DNA from: an uncultured Bdellovibrionales bacterium
GTDB taxonomy: Bacteria; Patescibacteriota; Minisyncoccia; Moranbacterales; UBA1568
Reading direction: 5' to 3'
Assembly: GCA_964624415.1 (NCBI GenBank)
Contig: CAZUWR010000001.1
Span: 3,855-67,854 of the forward strand
DNA length: 64,000 nucleotides
Under the pieces are notes generated by a model, which saw nothing but the letters and a program-made list of their open reading frames with translations, was not told the DNA's origin and ran no database searches. Below, one piece after another: positions 18,904-28,107 of the stretch (positions are counted from its first letter, which is position 1; each line of letters opens with the position of its first letter). The translations under genes were made by a program, and so were the position numbers.

Positions 18904-19557
18904 ATGCATCGATTGGCCACCCTCAAAACCGCCTACTTCTTCTTAATGTATGCACTGGTACTGATTATTGTCCTGACACCCTTCCTAATACGAGGCGGCG
19001 TCTCTATTTTTTCCGAAGAGTTTGTGGAAGGAGGGCTTATTCTGTGTCTTTTAGCGGTCGGAGTGGGCATTAATTTTTTTTATGAGAGGGAATTGGACAA
19101 GCAAGAGCAATCCCTTCAGGATGCCTGGAAGCATATCGGCGCAGTCAATCTTTTAGTGGAACGGTTTCGGCTCGCTTTGACCGATGACACGGAGTATCCG
19201 AAAAACAAGAAAGAACTCCAGCTCTTTACGGCAATGATGCTCGGGAAAATACGCGGTGTCGTGCCTTGCGATGCCTTACTGCTTCGTGTGGTGGAAACGC
19301 AGACGCTCAAGACGATGTTTGAGTACAGTGAAGGTGAGGAGGTTGCTGTCCCGAAAATAGGGAATAAGGAATTGGTGAAGGAAATCAACCCTTTAGCAGA
19401 AGATATCGTTTCATCACAGTCCGATGAGGTCAAGATCAAGACCTTTGTCGTGTTCTCATCGACCGATACCACTCTGACCGAAGACCGGAGGATGTTGATA
19501 CAAAAAATCGTCAATGATTTTACTACCGTATACGTTATTTCCACGTATATACTTTAA
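18904..19557 (+). CDS. hypothetical membrane protein
   Basis: 217 aa with two N-terminal TM segments and a soluble C-terminal domain. It is divergent from the previous gene. Confidence 0.5.
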   Translation: MHRLATLKTAYFFLMYALVLIIVLTPFLIRGGVSIFSEEFVEGGLILCLLAVGVGINFFYERELDKQEQSLQDAWKHIGAVNLLVERFRLALTDDTEYPKNKKELQLFTAMMLGKIRGVVPCDALLLRVVETQTLKTMFEYSEGEEVAVPKIGNKELVKEINPLAEDIVSSQSDEVKIKTFVVFSSTDTTLTEDRRMLIQKIVNDFTTVYVISTYIL

Positions 19558-19578
19558 TACCTATCTCTCGATATTCGT

Positions 19579-20292
19579 ATGAACGATGTTTTGAAGAACA
19601 GAAGGAAAGATATCATCGTTTCCGTGGATGATTTCGGTATACGCCAGGTAGCGGAGGCTATCTTGCCGCTTGCCCAGAAAGGGAAGTTGGATCGAGTCTC
19701 CGTATTGGTCAATTATGTCGCCTCCAAAGAGCAAGCAGAGGCGCTTTTGGCGACAGGTGTCAAGATCGATCTGCATATGGAATTGATTAAACTGGTGAAA
19801 AGCGGTGAAAAAATGGAAGAGGGTGCTATATTTCGTGGGTTGAATTTTGTCATCCGGTATATGCTTGGATTCATCAAAGAGATTGATGTTGAGCGGTCAT
19901 GGACGCAGCAGATAGAGCGTTTTCATGAGCTCTTCGGACGCTATCCCGACGGTCTCAATTCTCACGAGCACCTTCACTATTTTCCAAAATTTTTCCGCAT
20001 CGCGGTGGCATTAGGTGCCCGGTATGAGATTCCTTTTGTGCGCTTTGCCCGGAAAAGCGTCGTAAGGCGACCTTTTGTCGTGGTTTCCCGGGTCATTGAT
20101 TTCTTTTGGAAGGCTGATAATAAACATTACAGCGAGCAGCGTCGTCCGAGAGATGCAGCGGATTTCTTTGTCAGCTATGACTGGTTGGATGATTTTGATG
20201 ATTTTTTGCTTCATTTGCCGCACGGGACCACGGAGATAGTTTTCCATCCCGAGCGCCCTGCCGAAGCAGCTGTCATAGAGAAGTATTTTTAG
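19579..20292 (+). CDS. YdjC/ChbG-like carbohydrate deacetylase
   Basis: N-terminal IIVSVDDFGI and later LNSHEHLHYFP resemble YdjC-family metal-binding motifs. Confidence 0.55.
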   Translation: MNDVLKNRRKDIIVSVDDFGIRQVAEAILPLAQKGKLDRVSVLVNYVASKEQAEALLATGVKIDLHMELIKLVKSGEKMEEGAIFRGLNFVIRYMLGFIKEIDVERSWTQQIERFHELFGRYPDGLNSHEHLHYFPKFFRIAVALGARYEIPFVRFARKSVVRRPFVVVSRVIDFFWKADNKHYSEQRRPRDAADFFVSYDWLDDFDDFLLHLPHGTTEIVFHPERPAEAAVIEKYF

Positions 20293-20315
20293 CAGTTGAT
20301 GTGTAAATAAGGGGT

Positions 20316-22184
20316 ATGTTGCAGTTATTGAAGAGAATCAAAAGTGAATGGATACTTTTTTGCCTTGTCATTGCTTTGGGTATTTTCGTACGATCCTATC
20401 ATTTTTCGGATTGGCTTCACTTCGAGATAGATCAGTCGTATGATACGCGATTAGTCTCTCCCGGTGTCGAAAACGGCATCAGTAGCCTTCCTTTGCTTGG
20501 TCCGACGGCTGGTGGAGGCAGGACTTTGCGTCTCGGACCCGCTTTCTATTATCTTGAGTATCTTAGCGCGAAAGTATTCGGCAACACGCCTTCCGGACAT
20601 GCCGGTATAGTCTTGGTGCTTTCGCTGCTTTCTTTGCCGCTTTTTTATCTCCTGTGCCGGCGGTATTTTTCGCGGTACCTCGCGCTCAGCTTGCTGGCGA
20701 TTTTTTCGGTTTCTTTGTATATGGTTCTGTATTCGCGATTTTCGTGGAGCCCCAATGTGCTGCCATTTTTCATGATGCTGATTATGTATGCGCTCTTGCG
20801 AAGCGTATCTTTCGATGAAAAAAGACGCGAAGTATGGTTTCTGACAGCGGTAGCAGCGGTTGCAATCATTACGCAGATACATTTCAATGCGTTTTTTATC
20901 GTACCGCCGGTTGTAGCGATTTTCCTTATGATTAAGCGACCGCGTTTCGGATGGCAGACATGGCTTTCGGCGGTCGCAATCGTCTTAGTGGTATATGCGC
21001 CGGTGATTATCAGCGATATCAAGATGAACGGACAAAACACGATGTATTTTGTTGAAAGACTTGAATTTGGAGGGCAACACAATACGAAAGCACTGGAAAA
21101 GTTGGTTCAGATAACGCAGTATCATGCTGCCGATTATTTTTTGATTGATACGGGTATCGATAAGATCAATGGAAAAAAACTGATAGGGTATGGATGGCAA
21201 CCGCGAGGAATACTTCCTTGGAGACTTATCGCGCTTGCGCTTTTATTCGGTGAGCTGTATGTGCTTACCAGCAATATCCGCAAAGAAAAGGATACACACA
21301 GAAAAGATTTTCTTATTTTCTGCGGACTGCTTTTCTCTCTTTCGTTTCTCTATTTCTTCTCGCTTGCCAAGAGCGGATTCAATATTTATCCGCGATTCTT
21401 TCTTTTGGTCAGTCCATTGGCGATTATACTGCTCGGACTAATGCTTGAGACGCTGCACCCGGAAAGAAATCGGAAGCGGTTGGCGGTGTTTGCGGCAGTT
21501 ATAGCGCTTCTTGTCACATCCAATCTTTATAAGATTAATACATATTTTTCCCAACTGTCGCATACGCAAGAGCAGCCAAGTAAAGTGATGACTGAGGATG
21601 TGCTCCCTAATACGGCGCGTGCAACGCTGTCGGAGCAGCTGGCGGTCGTTGATTTCATCCAGTCCAAGCAAGAGGAGAATGGTTTCCCGGTCTATATCAA
21701 TGCGAAACATGAGTATGAGCCGGTATTTTGGTATCATCTGGAAAGGCGCGGCATCGCGTTTCATGAATCCATCAAAAACGATGTCGCTTATCGGGAGGCG
21801 AACTATTTTCTTATCACCTTTGCCGACAAAGGATTGAAGAGCTATGCATCGCGTTTCACGATCGCGGACAAAAAAACATGTGGTGTATTCAGCGTGTATA
21901 TGCTACGTCCGAATACGGAGAGTATCACCGCAGAGCGACAAACATCGGTAGGGGAAACGCCTATACAAACCCTGCAGATAAACGAGCTTTTCACCTGGAA
22001 TAAGTTGAGGTCATCATGGAATGCTGCGACGGATGCGGCTATCGAGGCGAAAATCCAGCAAGCGGAAACAACAGATATTCAAAATGATGTGACTCAAGGA
22101 CTTTCCAGTAGTGATGAAAACACGAACGGAGATGGCTCTGGTTCTCCTGATACTCCCATCGGTGCAGTCGATGATCTGGAGTAG
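20316..22184 (+). CDS. GT39/ArnT-like polytopic glycosyltransferase
   Basis: 622 aa with about 10 or more TM segments, then a soluble C-terminal domain and an acidic low-complexity tail. The topology is typical of lipid-carrier-dependent glycosyltransferases. The family call is motif-weak. Confidence 0.5.
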   Translation: MLQLLKRIKSEWILFCLVIALGIFVRSYHFSDWLHFEIDQSYDTRLVSPGVENGISSLPLLGPTAGGGRTLRLGPAFYYLEYLSAKVFGNTPSGHAGIVLVLSLLSLPLFYLLCRRYFSRYLALSLLAIFSVSLYMVLYSRFSWSPNVLPFFMMLIMYALLRSVSFDEKRREVWFLTAVAAVAIITQIHFNAFFIVPPVVAIFLMIKRPRFGWQTWLSAVAIVLVVYAPVIISDIKMNGQNTMYFVERLEFGGQHNTKALEKLVQITQYHAADYFLIDTGIDKINGKKLIGYGWQPRGILPWRLIALALLFGELYVLTSNIRKEKDTHRKDFLIFCGLLFSLSFLYFFSLAKSGFNIYPRFFLLVSPLAIILLGLMLETLHPERNRKRLAVFAAVIALLVTSNLYKINTYFSQLSHTQEQPSKVMTEDVLPNTARATLSEQLAVVDFIQSKQEENGFPVYINAKHEYEPVFWYHLERRGIAFHESIKNDVAYREANYFLITFADKGLKSYASRFTIADKKTCGVFSVYMLRPNTESITAERQTSVGETPIQTLQINELFTWNKLRSSWNAATDAAIEAKIQQAETTDIQNDVTQGLSSSDENTNGDGSGSPDTPIGAVDDLE

Positions 22185-22223
22185 GAAAGGTATAATTTCG
22201 ATAGCATATAAAGAATTACGCGT

Positions 22224-23324
22224 ATGAAATCGTTGGTCATCAAAGTTGTGGTATGGATAGCCATTGTAAATATTTTTGCGTTCGTGGCGCTCAACCGATT
22301 CAATCTCAATGCCGATACGGCCTATCGTTGGATTTCTCCCTCGCAGTTTCCTGCAGTGCAGAGTTTCGATTTCGTGAATATGCACAATCGGTGGGATTCG
22401 TACTGGTATCTGGATATCATCCAAAACGGGTACTATTTGAAGCAGGATAATACGCTTTCCAATGTCGTCTTTTTTCCCTTGTATCCGATGTTGATGAAAC
22501 TGGTCGGGACGATTCTTTTTGGGCACTTTATCTTGGCCGGGTGGCTGATCAGTAGCGTTTCGCTGGTACTGGCCTGCACGTACCTGTATCGGATCATACG
22601 CGAGTTTCATCCTGATATCGATCCGGAGCTTCCAGTACTTCTGATGCTCGTCTTTCCAACCGCTTTTTTCCTTAACGTCGTGTATACGGAAGCCTTGTTC
22701 CTGCTACTGACAACCGGGTGTTTTTACTACACATTGCGCCGGCAATTCTGGCATGCGGGAGCCTTTGCTCTTTTCGGTGCATTGACACACAGCAACGGTG
22801 TTTTTCTGGCACTGCCTATTTTCTGGGAGACGGTCCAGCTACATGGATGGAAATCGCTTTTCACGCAGAGAATTTTTCCGATGGCGCTCGCTCCGATAGG
22901 GATGATCTCATTTCTCGCTTTCGATTATTTCAAATTTCACGACCCGCTTTTGTTCTTCAAGATCGAGAGCGCCTGGGGACGATCGTTTTCTATTAATTAT
23001 GATCATTTCTCGCTTTTTTCGCATCCGTCGATTATCAATATGGGTATCGATATCGTATTTACGATACTTATTATCACAGCGGTAGTGCTGGTATACCAGC
23101 GTCTTTCGAGGATGTATGCCGTATTTATGTCATTGACCGTTTTCGCCGCGCTCTCATCGGGGACGCTGATGAGTATCGGCCGCTATAGTCTCGCTTTGTT
23201 TCCACTTTTCATCCTTCTTGCCACCATCAAGAACAAAACCGTTCTGCAGGCGTGGATTTTCGGTTCAGCTCTTTTTCTTGCGATGGACATCACGCTCTTT
23301 GTGACGAATTATTGGGCAGGGTAG
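22224..23324 (+). CDS. PIG-V-like / GT-C mannosyltransferase-family membrane protein
   Basis: 366 aa, polytopic. The RWDSYWYLDIIQNGY motif is characteristic of the PIG-V-type mannosyltransferase family, as I remember it. Confidence 0.5.
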   Translation: MKSLVIKVVVWIAIVNIFAFVALNRFNLNADTAYRWISPSQFPAVQSFDFVNMHNRWDSYWYLDIIQNGYYLKQDNTLSNVVFFPLYPMLMKLVGTILFGHFILAGWLISSVSLVLACTYLYRIIREFHPDIDPELPVLLMLVFPTAFFLNVVYTEALFLLLTTGCFYYTLRRQFWHAGAFALFGALTHSNGVFLALPIFWETVQLHGWKSLFTQRIFPMALAPIGMISFLAFDYFKFHDPLLFFKIESAWGRSFSINYDHFSLFSHPSIINMGIDIVFTILIITAVVLVYQRLSRMYAVFMSLTVFAALSSGTLMSIGRYSLALFPLFILLATIKNKTVLQAWIFGSALFLAMDITLFVTNYWAG

Positions 23325-23668
23325 AAAATGATACCGGCTGTTCCTATGAATGTGAAAATTTTCGTAATACGGCGGATATTCATAGTTTCTTCATATTGGA
23401 TAAGTAAACTATATTCAGTAGACTTTTTACGAGTATGTGAATTATGAAAATTGAAACCGCTTATTCGAAATCAAATCGAACAGTCGAGTATAAGGATGCA
23501 ACAAAAAATGTTAAACAAGGTGCCTGAGATAACATTGTATTTTTTGGGTTATCAAGGTGTTGTGTGCGACGGTGGGTGAGACTATTTCCGATTTCCCTAA
23601 TGTCAAAAAGACGGGAGCATATTAGTATGGAGGTATTGTATCGGGTAATCAGTAAGCCGTTTTGTTTT

Positions 23669-24115
23669 ATGAAAAAATATGCCTACATCATGACACTTGC
23701 AGGGATGGCGTTTATCAATGCGGCTTACCTGAGTTACAAGGCCTATGTGTTTCAATATGTGAGCAAGGTTGATTTCTCGACCTTCTGCAGTTTCTCGGGC
23801 ACTAATTCGTGCTCCAATGTCTTAGCGAGTCCGTATTCTTTGGTATTCGGTATCCCATTCCCATGGATCGCTCTGATCGTCTATCCTGTCTTATTTTTCT
23901 TGGCTTGGCAAGGCTTCCGGAAATCCTCGTATGCTCAGGCGGAGATCTTGGCTGTGTTAGCGGGTCTTGGGATGTGCTTCAACGGGTTTATCATTTATAG
24001 AGAGATCACTATCATTCACGCGTACTGCCTCTTATGCCTTCTTTGTTCTATAATCATTATAACTATCTTTACGCTCTCATTGCTTCTCTTACGCGAAGCG
24101 AAACGGCTGCTTTAA
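23669..24115 (+). CDS. vitamin K epoxide reductase (VKOR) family protein
   Basis: Four TM segments, a loop Cys pair (CSFSGTNSC) and a CLLC redox motif in the last TM. ATG at 23669 is preferred to the longer track ORF. Confidence 0.7.
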   Translation: MKKYAYIMTLAGMAFINAAYLSYKAYVFQYVSKVDFSTFCSFSGTNSCSNVLASPYSLVFGIPFPWIALIVYPVLFFLAWQGFRKSSYAQAEILAVLAGLGMCFNGFIIYREITIIHAYCLLCLLCSIIIITIFTLSLLLLREAKRLL

Positions 24116-24126
24116 AAAGATTGCAT

Positions 24127-24792
24127 ATGCGTATCCTTATTGTGGAAGATAATCAAAAATTGGCGACCTATCTGAAGAAAGCTTTGGAAAGCCAAAGCTA
24201 TGCTGTCGATGTGGTGCATGATGGAATAAAAGGAGAAATTCGCGCAAGGTGCGGCGAATACGATGCTGTCATTTTGGATGTGATGCTACCAGAAAAAGAT
24301 GGTATCGCTGTTTGTAAAGGTTTACGCGAAGGGAACATCAATATGCCGGTACTGATGCTCACTGCCAAAGGGGACATTGGCGATAGGGTTGAGGGATTGG
24401 ATAGTGGTGCCGATGATTATCTGGTAAAACCCTTTGAGTTGGAAGAATTGTTGGCACGTATCCGAGCACTGCTTCGCCGACCTCAGGAGAAATATCCAGA
24501 GATTTTGACAGTGCGGGATATTATAATCAATAACGCTACTCGTTCGGTTGAGAAAAACGGGAAAATGATTTTGCTGACACTCAAAGAATATGCGGTATTG
24601 GAATATCTTATACTTAATAAAGGCCGAGCGATGACGAGAGAGCAGATATTGGAACATTGTTGGGATTTCGCGTTCGATTCTTTCAGTAATATCGTGGATG
24701 TGTATATCAAACAGGTAAGAAAAAAACTCAATGACAAAGATGGAATATATATTAAGACCGTTCGAGGTATTGGTTACAAGTTTGAGGATTAG
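24127..24792 (+). CDS. OmpR-family response regulator
   Basis: MRILIVEDN receiver start, DVMLP phospho-acceptor region and a C-terminal winged helix (VRGIGYKF). Confidence 0.9.
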   Translation: MRILIVEDNQKLATYLKKALESQSYAVDVVHDGIKGEIRARCGEYDAVILDVMLPEKDGIAVCKGLREGNINMPVLMLTAKGDIGDRVEGLDSGADDYLVKPFELEELLARIRALLRRPQEKYPEILTVRDIIINNATRSVEKNGKMILLTLKEYAVLEYLILNKGRAMTREQILEHCWDFAFDSFSNIVDVYIKQVRKKLNDKDGIYIKTVRGIGYKFED

Positions 24793-25780
24793 CGCTATCA
24801 ATATAGCAAGAATCAAACTGACGATTTTTTATGAAGCGGTCGTTTTTTTGATACTAGCGCTTTTCAGTGTTGGCGTATACGGGCTCTTCGATAAATCGTT
24901 GGGTGAGGATTTGGGATATCCTCAGTTAGGTATCGGTATTCAGTTGCTGGGACATACCAAGACAGAGCTCGCCAAGGATATCATTGTGGAGGAAAAACAG
25001 AGATTGTTAGTTATTCTCCTGCTATTGGATGGCGTTATTCTTGTAGTTGCCGGAGGAATGAGCTTTGTTTTGGCAGGATATACATTGAAACCGATTCAGG
25101 AAAGTTATGATCGCCAGAAGAAGTTTTTGGCCGACGCTGCTCATGAGTTTCGGACGCCGCTTTCGGTAATGAAGACAGGTATGCAGGTCGCACTCAAAGA
25201 AAGGTTGAATCATGATGGGTATGCACGGATCATGAAAGAGTCCGTCGAGGAAATCGATTTTCTGAACGCGATGGTCGATGACCTTCTCTTTTTGGCGAAG
25301 AGCGACTATTCGAAAAAAACACCATTTACCGAGGTTGATTTTGAGGCGATGATTGAAAAACAGGTCACAGTTATGCAATCGTATGCGAAAGAGAAGCAGG
25401 TTACGCTAACGATTGAAGGGCTCGAGGGTATGAGGGTGTTTGGCAATGAGGCGCATCTGAAACGGCTTCTGACAAATCTGATACACAATGCCATCGATTA
25501 TAATATTCCCGGGGGGAAGGTAGGCGTTTCCTGCTGGAAGGATAGGCATTGGGCACACTTAACAGTGTTTGATACCGGCGTCGGTATTTCGCAGGGCAAT
25601 CTGAAACATATATTCGATCGATTTTATAAGGCGGATTCTTCCCGCGCGAAAAAATCAGGCGGGGCGGGTCTGGGGCTGTCTATCGTACAAGGAATCGTCA
25701 GATCCCATCATGGGCAGATTCATCTTGAGAGTATTGTTGGACAAGGAACAACCGTATTCATAATGTTGCCATTGGCGTAA
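24782..25780 (+). CDS. sensor histidine kinase
   Basis: Two TM segments, H-box HEFRTPLSV, N-box NLIHNAIDYN, G1 DTGVGIS and G2 GGAGLGLSIV. The start is uncertain: TTG at 24782 or ATG at 24731, both overlapping the regulator. Confidence 0.85.
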   Translation: MRISAINIARIKLTIFYEAVVFLILALFSVGVYGLFDKSLGEDLGYPQLGIGIQLLGHTKTELAKDIIVEEKQRLLVILLLLDGVILVVAGGMSFVLAGYTLKPIQESYDRQKKFLADAAHEFRTPLSVMKTGMQVALKERLNHDGYARIMKESVEEIDFLNAMVDDLLFLAKSDYSKKTPFTEVDFEAMIEKQVTVMQSYAKEKQVTLTIEGLEGMRVFGNEAHLKRLLTNLIHNAIDYNIPGGKVGVSCWKDRHWAHLTVFDTGVGISQGNLKHIFDRFYKADSSRAKKSGGAGLGLSIVQGIVRSHHGQIHLESIVGQGTTVFIMLPLA

Positions 25781-25906
25781 TGATCCCAGAGAGAATATCT
25801 TCATGTGATTTTCATCTTTGCGTTCTATACTGTCTTATGTAATCCTTTATACGGAGTTGTTGATGTGTAACATAATACGGTTATGCGCGGCGGACTCATA
25901 AGAAGT

Positions 25907-26239
25907 ATGAATAAGAAAAAAGCGATGATGGTAGGCGGACTGGCAATGGCCATTATGTTGTCGAGCAATGTTCTCGGTGCCCATGCTTCGACGACGAAAA
26001 GCACGAGCGACAAAACCGAAAAAGGAACAGTCGTATCGGTCTCTTCGGATTCATTTGATCTGAAGGCGAACAATAAGACTTATACGGTAAAAACGAGTGA
26101 TACGACGGTATTTAAGGATAAGAAGGGCGCTACCACTATGAAGTTGAGCGACATCAAAAAAGGCGACACCGTAAAGGCGAAGGGTGTTTTGACCAAGATG
26201 AAGCTGTCTGCCAAAAGCGTAACCGAATTTTCTCGGTAA
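25907..26239 (+). CDS. secreted small protein (DUF5666-like pattern)
   Basis: Signal peptide MNKKKAMMVGGLAMAIMLSSNVLGAHA. It shares the pattern GxVxS...SFxxK...T.V...SD(I/L)..G..V..G with the C-terminus of the protein at 39260-39748. Confidence 0.55.
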   Translation: MNKKKAMMVGGLAMAIMLSSNVLGAHASTTKSTSDKTEKGTVVSVSSDSFDLKANNKTYTVKTSDTTVFKDKKGATTMKLSDIKKGDTVKAKGVLTKMKLSAKSVTEFSR

Positions 26240-26342
26240 GTAGCTCCCGGAAGAGTTTATACAGGGAGTGATGTTTATGCATTACACTCCCTGTGTTTTC
26301 TATTCAGAAAGATGTCTTTTTAGAACCAAAAAACTGCGCATA

Positions 26343-26371
26343 TTGACAGTTTTGAGGCTATAGAGTAGACT
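26343..26371 (+). promoter_or_regulatory. sigma-70-type promoter of rpsP
   Basis: TTGACA, 17-nt spacer, TAGACT. Confidence 0.5.
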
Positions 26372-26408
26372 AGGGGAAGACTTTAAACGGTGTAATCGAT
26401 AGTATATT

Positions 26409-26729
26409 ATGTTGACGATTCGTTTCAATCGAACAGGGAAAAAGAACCATGCCCAATTCCGCGTGGTAGTACAGGAACACACGGTGGCTCCCGGAGGACG
26501 CCATGTCGAGGTGCTCGGAAGCTATGATCCCCATCAGAAAAAGGCTGTACTGAAGGCAGAACGTATCACTTATTGGTTGGGACAGGGTGCTCAGATGTCC
26601 GATTCCGCGTTCAACTTATGCGTCAAAGAAGGTGTGGTCAAGGCCGACAAGAAACGCGCTGTGAAAATAGCTCGTCCGGTCAAGGCGGTTGAAGAAGCCC
26701 CAGCTCCTGTGGCTGAAGTAAAAGCATAG
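26409..26729 (+). CDS. rpsP: 30S ribosomal protein S16
   Basis: MLTIRFNRTGKKNHAQFRVVV N-terminus, 106 aa. Confidence 0.9.
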   Translation: MLTIRFNRTGKKNHAQFRVVVQEHTVAPGGRHVEVLGSYDPHQKKAVLKAERITYWLGQGAQMSDSAFNLCVKEGVVKADKKRAVKIARPVKAVEEAPAPVAEVKA

Positions 26730-26916
26730 AGAGGCTTCTGTCATTGTGGACAGAGTGCTGTATCGAGGTTTTCCCGGTACACTACCTTGTTCAGAATGAT
26801 AGAGTACAATCGAATATTTTCCGTAGATCCAAGGCATTTGTAAGTCCTTGAGAGGAAGTGCCGATAAACGAATCTCTAGAGGGATAGTATATCGGGTCGA
26901 GCTCTTGCTCTTATGT

Positions 26917-26944
26917 ATCTGCGGAAAAGAACGCAGATTTTTTA
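26917..26944 (+). terminator. intrinsic terminator/attenuator upstream of rplJ
   Basis: ATCTGCG-GAAAAGAA-CGCAGAT followed by T6. It lies 190 nt after the rpsP stop and 57 nt before the rplJ ATG. Confidence 0.65.
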
Positions 26945-27000
26945 ATGGAATAAAACTTTCTCATTTGGCACTCAAATGAAAAAGTTTTAAAGAAGAATGT

Positions 27001-27522
27001 ATGCAAACAAAAGTACAGAAAGAAGAATTGATTGCTCGTATCGTCGAGAAAATCACCGCTTCGAAAGCTATGGTGTTTGCTGATTTCAAGGGATTGACCG
27101 TGAAGGAAGTGACAACGCTCAAGCGAGAGTTGCGCACGACCGGATCCAGTATGGTCGTTCTGAAGAAAACATTACTCAATATCGCTTTGGAAAAGGCTGG
27201 TGTTGAGGTTAATGGTCGCAAATTGCATGGTCAGGTAGCAGTTGCTTTCTCTGCTGACGAGGTATCTGCCGCAAAGGCGGTCGCCAACTTTGCCAAGCCG
27301 TTCAAGGATAAGAAGATTATCGTTGGGGGATCATTGGGAACGAAGGCGTTGTCAGTTGAGGAGGTGAAGGCTTTGGCACTTCTGCCAACGCAAGACGAGA
27401 TGCGCGCCAAGCTCTTGGGAACATTGCAGGCGCCTATTGCCAGCTTTGTCCGCGTATTGGATGGCAATATCAGTGGTTTTGTCCGCGTGTTGCAAGCAGT
27501 TGCTGATAGCAAGACCGCATAG
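27001..27522 (+). CDS. rplJ: 50S ribosomal protein L10
   Basis: 173 aa. The K-E-E-L-I...VFADFKGLTV motif, and its position directly upstream of rplL. Confidence 0.85.
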   Translation: MQTKVQKEELIARIVEKITASKAMVFADFKGLTVKEVTTLKRELRTTGSSMVVLKKTLLNIALEKAGVEVNGRKLHGQVAVAFSADEVSAAKAVANFAKPFKDKKIIVGGSLGTKALSVEEVKALALLPTQDEMRAKLLGTLQAPIASFVRVLDGNISGFVRVLQAVADSKTA

Positions 27523-27585
27523 CAGGAAGGATTTACGCGTTTGAACGTGGTTTTATAAAGGATAATTTATTGTAAGTATAATCGT

Positions 27586-27987
27586 ATGACTGAAGAGAAA
27601 AAAGACGTAGTAGTGCCGGCAAAGTTCGAGAAGATCGTTGCTGAGATCGAAAAGATGAGCGTGCTTGATTTGTCTGAGCTCGTGAAGGTGCTTGAGGACA
27701 AGTTCGGTGTTAGCGCTGCTGCTCCTGTTATGATGGGTGCTGCTCCTGCTGCTGCCGCTGAAGCCGCTGAAGAGAAGAGCGATTTCGATGTTGAATTGAC
27801 TGCTGCCGGTGCTCAGAAGATTAATGTTATCAAAGCTGTCCGTGAAATCACCGGACTTGGTTTGAAAGAAGCTAAGGACCTTGTTGACGCTGCTCCAAAG
27901 GTAATCAAGGAGAAGGTTGCTAAGACCGATGCTGAAACCATGAAGAAGAAGTTGGAAGAAGCTGGTGCTACCGTAGTATTGAAATAG
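27586..27987 (+). CDS. rplL: 50S ribosomal protein L7/L12
   Basis: Ala-rich hinge ([13 protein letters not shown]) and a C-terminal domain [20 protein letters not shown]. Confidence 0.95.
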   Translation: MTEEKKDVVVPAKFEKIVAEIEKMSVLDLSELVKVLEDKFGVSAAAPVMMGAAPAAAAEAAEEKSDFDVELTAAGAQKINVIKAVREITGLGLKEAKDLVDAAPKVIKEKVAKTDAETMKKKLEEAGATVVLK

Positions 27988-28025
27988 TCTTTACTTTCAA
28001 GTATCAGTCTCAATCGCGCATAAAA

Positions 28026-28056
28026 GACGAGCCTTTCGGCTCGTCTTTTTGTTGTT
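28026..28056 (+). terminator. intrinsic terminator of rplL
   Basis: GACGAGCC-TTTC-GGCTCGTC followed by a T run. Confidence 0.8.
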
Positions 28057-28107
28057 TTTATGGTATCATTAAGACATATCGTTTTTATTTTCTAACACTT
28101 TATTCTC

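Noticed and set aside
22014-22610. 198-aa minus-strand ORF
   Set aside because: It is antisense to the ends of the two glycosyltransferase genes. It has no RBS and its sequence is low-complexity.
26730-26916. Possible SRP (4.5S) RNA or other housekeeping RNA downstream of rpsP
   Set aside because: I could not find the conserved SRP domain IV motifs (GGAA tetraloop with AGCAGC-type internal loop). I kept it only as a candidate rplJ leader.
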